From positions 163,122,001 through 163,186,000 of the forward strand of contig OX597815.1 in assembly GCA_951406725.2 (NCBI GenBank): a stretch of 64,000 bases of DNA, in the 5' to 3' direction. The DNA is from Octopus vulgaris (lineage: Eukaryota). The position numbers were made by a program, and so were the translations under genes. Positions 27,053 through 40,490 of this stretch are shown in pieces (the stretch's first letter is position 1; every line of letters begins with the position of its first letter). The notes beneath the pieces were generated by a model that did no database searches, had not been told where the DNA came from, and was given only the letters and a program-made list of their open reading frames with translations.

Positions 27053-27394
27053 AAAGCAAACATTAACCTACTGTTTTCTTAATTATACAGAGAGGATATG
27101 CTGTTAATGAGGTGAGAGGGTGGTCATTTTAACCCTTTTGTACAGTGGAGGAATGTTGGGATACCTGTGTCTCAATATACTGTGATTAATGTTTAATTCA
27201 GATGTTTTCCATAATTGGTGTTTTTTAACTCTCAAGCCACACTGGTCAAACCGACTTATGAATAAAAACAGCCCAGTTGCGATCATACTATCTCTTTCCT
27301 TTGTACTAATACTATAAGAGTTTTGTTGTATCTTGGGAGGGTCATTGTGCCAATAATAAACATACACACACACTGGTTCTATTTCACTTCTTTT

Positions 27395-27428
27395 ACTACT
27401 ACAACTACTACTACTGCTGTTGCTGCTG

Positions 27429-27510
<82 letters not shown>

Positions 27511-27531
27511 AACTACTGCTGCTACTACTAT
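27395..27531. repeat. (CTA)n microsatellite
   Basis: Directly visible. Confidence 0.98.
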
Positions 27532-27629
27532 TCAGTAGTCTTAGTTTTATCATGTGCTTTCACTGCACTACGGATCACAGCTCTGTGTGCCTTAGGTTTG
27601 CTGTGGTTTGTTATGTTGCATGTATTTTC

Positions 27630-28150
27630 ACCATATTGAAAGTACTTTAGGTAGGATGTATGCGGTTTCTAGTAGTGCTATTTTCTGTGTTATATACATT
27701 CTTAAGTCCTGATGTTTTGGTGTGTATTTGTCTGAATTTTTTTAATCATACCTAATGCACCTATTATTGTAGGGATTGTTTCTGTTTTTAGGCTCCATAT
27801 TTGGGTTATCTCCATTTCCAGATCTTTGTATTTTTAGAGTTTCTCCATTTCTTTTAGAGATACATTGTCATCTGTTGGGATTGACATATCGGTTAGAAGG
27901 CCTATTTATCTTGGTGATCTCTGACAACTATATCTGGTCTATTAGCCTTGATTTCTCTATCTTTATGTATTATCATATCCCAGAGTATGGTTGCTTTCTC
28001 ATTTTCTGAGAGCATTTCTGGGGTGTGCTTATACCATCTCTTTTTCTGTTGTCATTCCATGGTGTTGGTATAGCTTCCAGTGTATTTAGGTCCCAACTCT
28101 GTCATGTCTGTTGATATATTCCATCTTTGCCACAGCTTGGCAGCCAGAGA
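27630..28150 (-). mobile_element. Dong/R4-like LINE 3' fragment
   Basis: Minus strand decayed WYKHTP...LWDMIIHKDREIKANRPDIVVRD motif. Confidence 0.7.
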
Positions 28151-28984
28151 TGAAATGATTTATTGTTTCGTCCCCATCACTACATATTCTTCAGTTACTT
28201 GTGCTTTTCTTCATTGTGTTTCTGGTGGTTTTTGGTGGGGAGGCTTTGAACTTGTGCAGCAGTTAAAAATTATTATTATCATCATTGTTGTTGTTGTTGT
28301 TGTTGTTGTTATTATGCAGGTGGTGAACTGGTAGAACTATTAACATGCTGGGCAAAATGCTTAGAAGCATATCATTTGTCTTTACATTCTGAGTTCATAT
28401 TCCACCGAGGTCAACTTTGCCTTTCATCCTTTCAGGGTCAGTGAAATAAGTACCAGTTGAGCACTGGGGGCAATATAATTGACTTACCCCCTCATTAACA
28501 TTGTTAGTCAATTGGTTAACCATATAACCAATTGATCAATTGATTGTTTGATTAGTCACTCAGTCAATCAATCAATCAATTGGCTAGGTTTGTCAGGGTC
28601 CTTTCATCACCATTCATGGCCTTATCAATGACAAGCTCTCTTTCCATCTACTTCAGGTTTGATTCAAGTCTGTTTACGAGTTCCATATTTATATGGAAGT
28701 GAGTGAGAATATATGTGTGTCTGAGCATGTGTTTCAGAGGGGGACAAAAGGAAGGAGAGTGAAAGTGAGAAGATGTGTGTGTGTGTGTGTAATGACCCTT
28801 CCAACTTACAATAATGTCTGTTCTGACACAGGAGTTCACAGCAAGAATCTTGCAAATCATATACAGAAATGAAATGCTTTAAAACCTGCATTACCTATTT
28901 TTTATCATTTGCTTGTTTCCATCATTAGACTGTGACCATACTGGGGCATCTTGAAAGATTTAGTGAACCAAATTGACCCTAGTA

Positions 28985-29900
28985 TTAGGTTGATGCAAAG
29001 GTAATGGCCGAGTTTAAGGTCTCTATTAAAAATGAAAAAGCCCATAATTAATACAATATTTATTTGTTAACATAATTTCCATTGCTTTCTAGAGCTTCAT
29101 TCCATCTGTCAACAAGCTTATAAATGCCACATTTGTAAAATTGTTTAGGTTTTGATGTGAAATATGAATCCAACTTATTTTCAAACTCTTCTCTTGATGT
29201 CAACCTAAGACCATTCAAATGGTTCTGTAGTCCCCGAAACAAGTGATAATCAGGAGCAAAGTCTAGACAATTTGGAAGATGAAGCAATATTTCTCAACCA
29301 AGCTTTTCCAAGAGATTCTTTGGTCAGTAGAGCTGTGTTAGGACAAGCATTATCATGGTGGAAGATGACACCCTTTCTGTGGACTAAGTAAGGTCGCTTT
29401 CTGTTCAAAGCAGCTTTCAAACAATGAAGTTGATCACAGTAGAGATTACCAGTAATTGTTTGATTGTTGTCTAACAGTTTGTAACAGACAATTCCTTTAA
29501 CATCTCACCACACACTCAACATGATCTTCCTTGGATGAAGTCCTCCTCTTGGTTGTTGAACAGGTCTTCCTCCTCGACTGACCTATGATTGGCAGCATTT
29601 GACATTATGGTAAAGGATCCACTTCTCATCACCTACAACAAGCCTTCCTAAAAATAATTCCATAAGATGTCGTGAAAGCAATGACTGACAACAAACAACG
29701 TGCTGTTGCAGATTCTCTAGAGACAGTTCATCCAGAACCCATTTTCCAACCACTGAAACCTTTCTGATCCTTTTCAGTTGGCATAGAAAAGTTGTGTGGG
29801 CTACGTTAAACTATTCTGCAAGTTCTCTACAAGTAGCAGTTGGATTTTCTGTGGCAACAGCTACCAACTGTTTTGAACGACCTTAATTTGGCTTGTCTTC
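28985..29900 (-). mobile_element. Degenerate mariner transposon with an Hsmar1/MADE1-like TIR
   Basis: TA-TTAGGTTGATGCAAAGGTAAT TIR. Translation LDFAPDYHLFRGLQNHL...GIYKLVDRWNEALESNGNY (SPDLAPxDYHLF region), with upstream FHHDNA. Confidence 0.85.
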
Positions 29901-30439
29901 CAAACTCAAGTCACTATCTAAAGGTACCACAAACTGGGACTGAAAGCAAAACCACATTGTCAGGAAGCAACCTTCCTAACCACACAGCCATGCCAGTGTC
30001 TATTTCTGTATTTATGCAGTTAAAGAGTCCTTATTTTCCTAAGTACAACTGCACTCACACACATGTTTTTATGCACTTGGAATTCATTCTCAATTCAAAA
30101 AAGATGCCCTTGGTTTCCGAGCCCTTTTATCAACTCAAAGAACTTTCTGAAAGCAGTTTAGTCAGCCAAGGGTTCCTTTCTCGGACAATCTGAGATTTCT
30201 TCATGTGTATGTGTATGTGTGCATGTATGCACACACGTGTGTGTGTTTGTACACTTGTGCATAATCACAGACATGGCAACCGTATTCTAGTATAGAAATT
30301 AGATTTTATTTTTCTTCTTCTTCTTGCGTCCTATTTACTTTCTAAACCAAAATTAGCATCTGCAATTGCAGGGGTTTACAACAGGGGTCGATTGTAATCA
30401 ACAGGTTTAACCAAGCTGAGAAGATACTTTTATTTCACT

Positions 30440-30733
30440 GTAAAGAGTTCTGTTGTGCATTTGTGTGCATGTGTGTGTGTGTGTATGTGTATGCATTTGT
30501 ATGTGTGGGCTTGTGTGTATTTGTGTGTGTGAGTGTGTGTGTGTGTGTGTGTGTGAGCGTGCATGTTTTTCCTGTCTTTGTTTTAGCTATTAAGCAAAAC
30601 ATTGATTTTTTTTTTACGAGGTAATATATGTTTTCTAGGCAAACAACATAAACAATACTTTTCTTTTGTGAGCACATACACATACACATAAAATATATAT
30701 AAACATATAATACATATATATATATATATATGT

Positions 30734-30764
<31 letters not shown>

Positions 30765-30831
30765 CAAACATATATATATATATACATACAATATATATAT
30801 ATATATAAATACAATATATATACACACACAT

Positions 30832-30891
<60 letters not shown>

Positions 30892-31039
30892 TCACATGCA
30901 CATATATATATGTTTGTGTGTATATGTATATATATACATACATGCATACATAATATAAAATATACAAACATTCATATATATATACACACACATATTTACA
31001 CACATGGGTGTAAATATGTAAGATATATTTGAATAGTAC

Positions 31040-31086
<47 letters not shown>

Positions 31087-31211
31087 GCATACATGTGAAA
31101 TGTTGTCATTGGCATTGTTTTTATTTTTTTCATAACTGCTGTTTTGTCTATGTTGATTTCAATTTCTCCAAACATTTTTTTGTAAATCTAAACACATGCA
31201 CACGCACTCAA

Positions 31212-31272
<61 letters not shown>

Positions 31273-31534
31273 TCAACAAAAAATGTAATAAAATTAAAAG
31301 GAGACATTTCAAAAGAATTAATAAAAGAGAAAATGGAAATGTTATCTGGCAATGATAGGTGATTCTAGAAAATTCTAAATTCTCTCTTCTTGGTAGCATA
31401 GAAAGAAGACATTACCATTTCCAGTTTTCTTTCCAGTAACTAATAGAATGGCGCCACAATTTTACCAGGTCTTTGAAATTCTTCCTTTTTTATTTTAATT
31501 TCTTGTTTTCATTTCTGTATACACATGTACACAT

Positions 31535-31573
<39 letters not shown>

Positions 31574-31820
31574 CACACATACATATATATACTTAAATAT
31601 ATACATATGCATACACATATATATATGCATATATATATATGTGTATGTGTGTGTGTACATATATACACATATATATGCATATATATATATATGTACATAT
31701 ATACACATACATATGCACATATATATGTGTGTGCATATATATACATGTGTGTATATATATATGTATGTATACATACATCTATACACTCACACACACATGC
31801 ACATACACACATACATATTT
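30440..31820. repeat. Extended (TA)n/(CA)n/(TG)n low-complexity blocks (30440-31270, 31518-31820)
   Basis: Directly visible. Confidence 0.95.
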
Positions 31821-32339
31821 TTATTTTATAATTTTTTGAAAATTTTGACTTTATTTCGGGTTTTATTATTAATATTGATATTTTCATAGTTTCCTTATTT
31901 TCAATTACAACATTTAAGAAGTTAGTGAAAAAAAACTCAAATGTATTTTTCACCATTCGCAGTAAAACTTCTACTTTCACCACCACCATCATTGTCATCA
32001 TCTTTGTTATGTTTCTCATCACTGTGTTCCATGTTATTGTCACGTGACCGCTATAATACCAAATGACTCACATCTCTCACATACACACACAAACACACAC
32101 ACACATATGCTTACATACATTCTCTCTCTCTCTCTTTCACACACACAAACATAATCATGTTACGGCAATCATTTCACCCCTATGCATTTAGTGTTGGGTC
32201 GGAGAGACAATTGTCATGTCTTTCAGGTATTCAGGGTCTGTGTTTCATCATAACTCATGCAGCACCCATTCTCTATGTATATCCTATTACGTATCAATAC
32301 CACCCCACCCCCACTCAGGCACCAGTACCAGTACTTTTG

Positions 32340-32773
32340 TTATCACTGCCACTACAATCACCACTACAAATATGATTACAACTCTCATCACCATCATCAC
32401 CATTATCGTCATCATTGGCGGTGGCAGCAGCAGCATCATCGTCATCATCTTCATCATCATCGTCGTCAACATCATCATCGCTGTCCTCTTCATTGTTGAT
32501 GCTGTCATCATCGTTATCTTCATCATCATTATCATCGCCATCATCATTGTCGTCATCATCATCATCAATAACTGCACCACCACCAACTTCACTGTCATCA
32601 TCATCGTCATCATCATACTTGATGCTGTCATCATCATTGTTATCTTCACCATCATCATCGTCATCGTCATCATCATCGTCATCACCATCATCGTCAATGT
32701 CCTCACCACCACCAACTTCACCGTTATCATCATCATCATCATACTTGATGCTGTCATCATCGTTGTTATCTAC

Positions 32774-32804
<31 letters not shown>

Positions 32805-32902
32805 TTGTCATCACCATCATCATCAATGTCCTTAGCACTACCAACTTCACCGTTATCATCATCATCATCATTGTCATCATCATCATTGTTGACATTGTCA
32901 TT
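32340..32902. repeat. (CAT)n-derived repeat with a higher-order unit of about 125 bp
   Basis: Marker TTGATGCTGTCATCATC at ~32496, ~32619 and ~32745. Marker ACCAACTTCAC occurs three times. Confidence 0.85.
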
Positions 32903-34229
32903 GTGCGTTACACTGAATCTCCCTGAGAACTATGTTAAGGGTACACATGTCTGTGGAGTACTCAGCCACTTGCACATTAATCTCACAAATGGGCTGTTTG
33001 ATTGATCACTTGTTGCCATAACCAATAGAGTGCCAGATACACTGTGGCTTACTGTCAGTAGCTAAATACCATAGGGCCCAGTGCACTGATACACCTAGCG
33101 GCCTATAACGCTAAGATGGCCCTGACTTATGGATCAGATGAAGCTAATTACATGGAATATGCAAGTAACTAAATCCAAAATAGAAGCCAGTGAAGCAGTG
33201 ATAAAAGAGTCAAAGAGAAGAAACAGTATGTTTGTGAGTTAGTGACCATAGCATGCCGGTCAGTGAATTTATACCAATCAGTCAGAAGGCCTTCATTTGG
33301 ATACAGTCAGGATGTCTGTGTGTGTAGCAATATTATCATGTATAAATGAGCTGTATGAATTTTTTTTATTTATGTGCCCTTTTCAAGCCTAGCCAGGCTC
33401 ATGGGCCCGGTTTCCCGGTTTCTATGGTGCATGTGTTCCCCCCAGCTGGATGGGACGCCAGTCCATCGCAGCGTTACTCAAGAAACAGGAAGAAACAGTG
33501 AGAGAAAGTTTGGGTGAAAGGGTACAACAGGGGTCGCCACCACCCCCTGCCAGAGCCTCGTGTAGCTTTAGGTGTTTTTGCTCAATAAACACACTCAACG
33601 GCCAATCTGGGAATCAAAACTGCGATCCTCCAACCACGAGTCCGCTGCCCTAACCACTGGGCCATTGCGCATCCTAGCTGTATAAATAGTGCTGTGAAAA
33701 TTTCATCTGCTTTTGTCCCTGGTTTTAGTCTCCGTGACAAAATGCTTTTGAGTGTTTGTTGTCTCTGTCCCCAGCCTGACTGTGGCTGACAGCTCCATCA
33801 TCAGTGCAGCCATTGCCCAGGAAAATACTGTCAGACTTTTGTAGTTTGGTGTAAGCTACCAACAATAGTTCCAGCTCATTCTCATCAGCCAATGACATGA
33901 AATTGTTTGACTTTACATCAGTGATTCCTGGACCCACTTTCTCTAGCTCATTCAGTATCGTTACCATGATGGGCAAAATTCTTAGCAGCATTTCATCCAT
34001 GTCTGTGTTTTGAGTTCAAATTCTGCCAAAGTCAGCTTTGCCTTTCGTCCTTTCAGGGTTAATATATTTAGTACCAGTGAAACACTGGGGTTGATGTAAT
34101 CGACTTGTCCTCTCCCACCAAATTTCAGACCTTCTGCCCTTAGCAGGATGAATTATGTAAAAGCTTCTTGAATTGATGAGCTTCCTTTTTGTCATGCCTC
34201 ACAAATCTGTACTATTTTTTTGTTTATAG

Positions 34230-34270
34230 TGGAGATGAAACTAGCCCAAACCCCTGTAGGTATTTGTACT
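34230..34270 (+). CDS. Candidate short exon of putative gene 2 (MKLAQTPVGICT from the ATG at 34235)
   Basis: Acceptor ctatttttttgtttatag|, donor ACT|gtaagt. Ends in phase 0, compatible with 48209. The frame is uncertain. Confidence 0.4.
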
Positions 34271-34809
34271 GTAAGTGGTATAGTAAGTGGCAGCACAATG
34301 GAAATAAGAAATGCTTAGTTGACAACACTAAATCCAGTTTGTCCCACAGAAAATATTTTAATTGTAATAGACTAGCTTCATATCTAAAGGAATATCACTT
34401 CACTACCTCTTGCTGCAGAATCAGGAGATGAGCACAGCCTCAAGTAGCTCTGGATTAACCCATCAAAGAAAATAAGCATGTGCTTAGGACATCAAGGGAT
34501 GGGGGAACCACACGAATGAAAATGGTTTACGGCACAAAAGAAATCACTTTAAGCTTACTAAAATAATATTCGTAATGCCTTATCTATACTAAGTATAGAA
34601 ACAGAAGTTTTACATAAAATTAATTTTAATGATATCATCCAACACTTTGCAATTAAAAGAACAAAACGAGGGAGAAAGCATTTCAAATATAAATACAAAA
34701 ATTAAATTTATTTTGCATCCTACTCTGAATTTTGTTTCATTTTGAAAAATAAAAATTCATTCTATGGTTTATTTTTGTTTACATTTTGAATTATTTTTGT
34801 TTACATTTT

Positions 34810-35360
34810 GGACGGTTCGACCAGGATCTGGGAAGCCAGGAGGCTGTGCCAAGCTCCAGTCTGATCTGACAGTGTTTCTACAGCTGGATGCCCTGCCTAA
34901 TGCCAGCCACTCCGTGAGTGTAGTGGGTGCTTTTTACCTGCCACCAGCACAGGAGCCAGAGGAGGCTGGCAATGGTCATGATCGGTTGGTGCTTTTTATG
35001 TGCCACTGGCACAGAAGCCATTCAAGGCAGTGCTGGTATCAGCCATGTTTGGATGGTGCTTTTTACGTGCCACCGGCATGGGTATCACAACTACAATTTC
35101 CATTTGATGTTCATTTTGATGTTGATGTACTTGACTCAATAGGTCTCCTCAAGCACAGCATGTCGCCCTATGATCCAAGGTACTTTGAATGGGCTGGGGC
35201 TGGTGATGCATAACTGGTGTAAGATACAGCCATGAACTCACTTTATTTGCCGGGTCTTCGCAATCACAACATAGCTCCAGAGGTCTTGGCCTTTTGTCAT
35301 TGCCTCTGTGAGGCCCACCGTTCAAAGGTCATGCTTGACCACCTCATCCCATGTCTACTC
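34810..35360 (-). mobile_element. Family C SINE, long form
   Basis: TTTCTACAGCTGGATGCCC...GTGTAGTGGGTGCTTTT core. Confidence 0.75.
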
Positions 35361-36549
35361 CAGATTCCTTCAACCTCCTTCATATATATACAGACAGACA
35401 GACAGATGGAGAGATGGACTGTCAGACTGACAGACACACAGTTTGGTTGACGTAACATGACCCAGTTTTAATGGATTATCAGCTCAAAGTCACTGCAAGT
35501 GTTACACCTCACAATCTCTGGTGATTTGATGATATATTTGTTGTTCTTTTCCCTACTTCTTCTTTTTTTTTTTGTACCACTTAATGATTCGAATCCTGCA
35601 GTCTTCAAGGCACAAAAAACAAAAAAGTTGAAAAAAAATGACAAAACAAAAAAATGAGAAAGAATCCTAATATCAAAATTGTTTTTCGTCAGTTCTCTTA
35701 AAAATTTTACGAACACTTCTTGGTTCTAATAAAAAAAAAAAGAATATTAATGAAAGAACACATCATGAAGCTTAAAGTGTTATGGTTCCATCAAACATTA
35801 ATCAGCAAGCCTTTACTTTTTAGTTCGTTACAAATTCTGATAAAACCTTTTAATATGCCTCATTTGCCACAATTTACATTGCACTTCATAATTCGTTGTA
35901 TAATGTTTTTCCTCGGAGCTGGAGTCAATAGGTTTCTTTTTAATCATTCCATACCAGTGACCTTTTTTCCCATAATATTGCTTTTAGGTGAACTGCCGAA
36001 ACGAAATACAACCACTTTGATATACTGCATCTAGCCTTCCTCTTACGCAACATTGATAGATCCTCAGGTGTACTTGGCAGTAAAAGGACTCGTCATCATC
36101 ATTTTCATTGTCATCATCATCATCACTGCTATCATCATCATCACAGTCATCATCAACATCATCATCATCATCATCACTACCATCATCATCATCATCATCA
36201 TCACTATCATCATCACGATCACCATCATCATCAGCAGCAGCATCATTATCATCATCATTGTACTCATCATCATCATCATCATCGTCGTCGTCATCATTGT
36301 TTTAAGTTTTCCATGCCAGTATGGCTTGGATGGAGTGTTTGAGGCACATTTCCTACAGCTGGATGAGCCTTTCCTGTCAGTAAACCCTAATTTGTGTCCA
36401 AGCAAAGTAATATTTCCCCATGGCTACACATAATTTTCTCAGAATGTTGGAAATGAGTGTCATTCATTTACAGCAATCACATGATGCCATGATAAAAAAA
36501 AACATAAACATTCACACACATTCATGCACACAGACATGCATTCATATAT

Positions 36550-37248
36550 ATGGCCGTCTGCCAGCCTCGTCTGGCATCTGTGTCGGTGGCACATAAAAAC
36601 ACCATCCGAGCGTGGCCGTCTGCCAGCCTCGTCTGGCACCTGTGTCGGTGGCACATAAAATCACCCACTACACTCTCGGAGTGGTTGGCGTTAGGAAGGG
36701 CATCCAGCTGTAGAAACACTGCCAGATCTGACTGGCCTGGTGCAGCCTTCGAGCTTGCCAGACCCCAGTTGAACCGTCCAACCCATGCTAGCATGGAAAG
36801 TAGACGTTAAACGATGATGATGATGATGATGATGATGAGATGCAGGAGTGGCTGTGTGGTAAGTAGCTTGCTTACCAACCACATGGTTCTGAGTTCATTC
36901 CCATTGCGTGGCACCTTGGGCAAGTGTCTTCTACTATAGCCTCGAGCCGACCAAAGCCTTGTGAGTGGATTTGGTAGACGGAAACTGAAAGAAGCCCATC
37001 GTATATATGTATATATATATGTATGTGTGTGTATATGTTTGTGTGTCTCTGTTTGTACCCCCAACATTACTTGACAACCAATGGTGGTGTGCTTACATCC
37101 CTGTAACTTAGCAGTTCGGCAAAAGAGACCGATACAATAAGTACTAGGCTTCCAAAGAATAAGTCCTGGGGTCAATTTGCATGACTAAGAAAAGGCAGTG
37201 CTCCAGCATGGCCATAGTCAAATGACTGAAACAAGTAAAAGAGAAAGA

Positions 37249-37294
<46 letters not shown>

Positions 37295-37784
37295 TCTTCA
37301 TCATCTTTTAATGTCTGTTCTCCATACTGGCATGGGTTGGTCGGTTTGACAGGTGTTGACCCGTTGGAGCACTGCCCAAGCTCCATTTGTTTGTTTTGGC
37401 ATGGTATCTATGATTGGATGCTCTCCCTACCACCAACCACTTTACAGAGTATACTGGATACTTTTATATGGCACCAGTCCTCACCAGACCCCAAGACTAG
37501 GATCTCCCAACTGAGAGAAGGATGTAGAAGACATGCCTGCATGGATGCATGTGTGTGTTACTGTTTACTCTTTTACTCTTTTACTTGTTTCAGTCATTTG
37601 ACTGTGGCCATGCTGGAGCACTGCCTTTTTTTAGTCAAGCAAATGAACCCCAGGACTTATTCTTTGTAAGCCTAGTACTTATTCTATTGGTCTCTTTTGC
37701 CGAACTGCTAAGTTACGTGGATGTAAACACACCAGCATCGGTTGTTAAGCAATGTTGCAGGGACAAACACAGACACACAAACAT

Positions 37785-37816
<32 letters not shown>

Positions 37817-38130
37817 TCTCCTCATCATCATCATCGTTTAACGTCCGTTTTCCATCCTAGCATGGGTTGGACGGTTTGACCGGAGTCTGGGAAGGCAAGG
37901 GGCTGCACCAGGCTCCAGTCTGCTCTGGCAGTGTTTCTACAGCTGGATGCCCTTCCTAATGCCAACATATATACGACGGGCTTCTTTCAGTTTCCATCTA
38001 CCAAATCTACTCACAAGGCTTTGGTCAGCCCGAGGCTACAGTAGAAGACACTTGCTCAAGGTGCCATGTAGTGGGACTGAACCTGGAACCATGTGGTTGG
38101 TAAGCAAGCTACATAGCCACTACTATGCCT
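36550..38130. mobile_element. SINE cluster: C (+, 36550-36836, internal ~61-bp duplication), B (+, 36839-37250), C fragment, B (-, 37565-38130, split by a C insert)
   Basis: Family-specific cores as described above. Confidence 0.85.
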
Positions 38131-38219
38131 GTATGTATATAAATGTATATGTGTGTGTGTGTGTGTTTATGTATGTATGCATATGTGCATATGTATATGT
38201 ACATGTGTGCACATGTGTA

Positions 38220-39174
38220 CGTATGTCATTATACCTTCTTTCCTCCTCTATGATTCCTACCTATCACACTAACCTATCACATACACCTATTTATAGAAAT
38301 TTGACACCCTTGTATTCTTCCCTCCACTTTAAATTTTACTACTAAAACTACTACTCACTTTGGTATCACCTCACCCATACCTTTTCTCTACCCATCCTTT
38401 AATGCAACACTTTCATATCACCCCTACTCACATATCTCACACTTATTCACTCCTTACCTTCTCATCTCTTCCCATCCACTCCTCTCCCATCCTTCCCTCA
38501 TGTTATCTTGACCACCAACTAATACTCCTTTTCTCACTTCTTTTACCCTTTCTTCACTTTTTCTTTTTTTCACTCTTTCACTTTTTCTTCTCTCTTTATT
38601 ATTTTTAGTCCTTTTTCTTTTTTTCTCTTTCTTCCTCTCATTTTTTCTCCCTGTCTTCATTGTGACCTATCTCCTCATTCTAATCATACCCCACCCCAGC
38701 CATCTATCCACAAATACTACCAATACATACTCAAATTTTCATTCACACCATAAAACCCCTTCCAATGAGCAACACAAGTATCCATGGCTCCATACTTTGA
38801 AATGACTAAAGATGAACTACTATTGGAACTTACATACTATGTACAGGAAACTTTTTTACCACTTCTAAACACCACTCTACCCAAATAATGGAACTGCAAC
38901 TACAGTGCTTTATATTTTATTTCTACTTTCATTCTCTTATTTCCCTCTATATTCCTTATCTCCTTGCCATGATAGCTCACTAGCCACTAAACCTTTTTCT
39001 ATTTTCTCTCCCTTTTTATTTCTGTGTTCCTTTCTGTCGAAGAGCGTAGGCTCGAAATATAAAAGACTTTCTCATTTCCCGAGCATTAAACTAATACATC
39101 TGTTTGTTGTTTACACACCCATCTTTGTCTTTTGTTTTTAGTAAATTCTCACTATATGTATATGTACATGTGTG

Positions 39175-39207
<33 letters not shown>

Positions 39208-39352
39208 CTGTATATGTATATTCATATATACTCTGTAGGCTCGAAACGTTAAAGACTTGTTTTATTTATATTTCCTGAGCGCCATACTAATACAATTGTT
39301 TGTTTGTTTTCCACCTGCCTTCGTCTTTTGTCTATTTTCATAAAGCTTCCCG
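38220..39352 (+). mobile_element. Degenerate Penelope-like 3' region with tandem hammerhead-like repeats
   Basis: Weak GIY-YIG tail resemblance near 38845-38895. Two imperfect units containing GTAGGCTCGAAAYRT.AAAGAC...CTAATACA. Confidence 0.5.
39030..39066 (+). ncRNA. Minimal type I hammerhead-like motif with a CUGUCGA core
   Basis: CTTT-CTGTCGA-A-GAGC-gtag-GCTC-GAA-ATAT-A-AAAG gives stem I CTTT/AAAG, stem II GAGC/GCTC and a palindromic stem III. Confidence 0.55.
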
Positions 39353-39373
39353 TTACATATATATATATATATA

Positions 39374-39770
39374 TCATCATCATCATCATCGTTTAACGTC
39401 CGCTTTCCATGCTAGCATGGGTTGGACGGTTCAACTGGGGTCTGGTAAGCCCAAAGGCTGCACCAGGCCAGTCAGATCTGGCAGTGTTTCTACAGCTGGA
39501 TGCCCTTCCTAACGCCAACCACTCCGAGAGTGTAGTGGGTGATTTTATGTGCCACCGACACAGGTGCCAGACGATTTTATGTGCCATCGACACAGGTGCC
39601 AGACGAGGCATGGAGGCCAGTCAATGCGATACTGGCTACAGCCACGTTCGGATGGTTTTCGTATGTGCCACCGGCACTGGTACCATAAAGCTAAAAATTC
39701 CATTAATGTTCATCGAGTTTGCTTTTGATTTTGTCCATTTTCACTTGCCTCAACAGGTCTTCGAGTAGTA
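39374..39770 (-). mobile_element. Family C SINE
   Basis: (CAT)n-CGTTTAACGTCCGCTTTCCATGCTAGCATGGG. Near reverse complement of 36550-36836. Confidence 0.85.
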
Positions 39771-40317
39771 TATGATATGAATTAAGATAATCACAGTAAG
39801 CTTCTCTTACAGCCTTGCCTGTCAGTCTACTTTGTAATCAATTACAAAGAAGTGTAATGTAGAGTGTCCACCTAACTGAAAATTCAGAAAATCTAAGCAA
39901 TGAAATTATTTCATGTGGAATATATAAAAGCATAATGCTAGAAGGTATGAGAAGTGAATATGTTTTTAATTAACCATGTGAATTCCAAAGGATTATGGCC
40001 ATTTCATAATGTTTCCCATGCAGTGTTAATTTCAATAGGGAAGAAATTATTCATACACGCTTCCATTAATATGTATGCTCAGTATTACACAAACAATACC
40101 ATATTCACAAATTAATACAAATAAAGAAAGCTAGTACATCAGATCACGAGAACCTTACAGTTACACTTACACACTCATACACACACAAACATGTGCACAC
40201 ACACACACACACACACACAAATACATACATACATATATACATACATACATACATACATGCATACATACATACATACATGCATACATACATACATACATAC
40301 ATACATACATACATACA

Positions 40318-40353
<36 letters not shown>

Positions 40354-40436
40354 TATAGCAAATGTCTTCTATTATAACTCTGAGATGGCTCAATCCTTAT
40401 GAATAGATTTGGCAGGTGGAAACTGAAAGATGTCTG

Positions 40437-40490
<54 letters not shown>

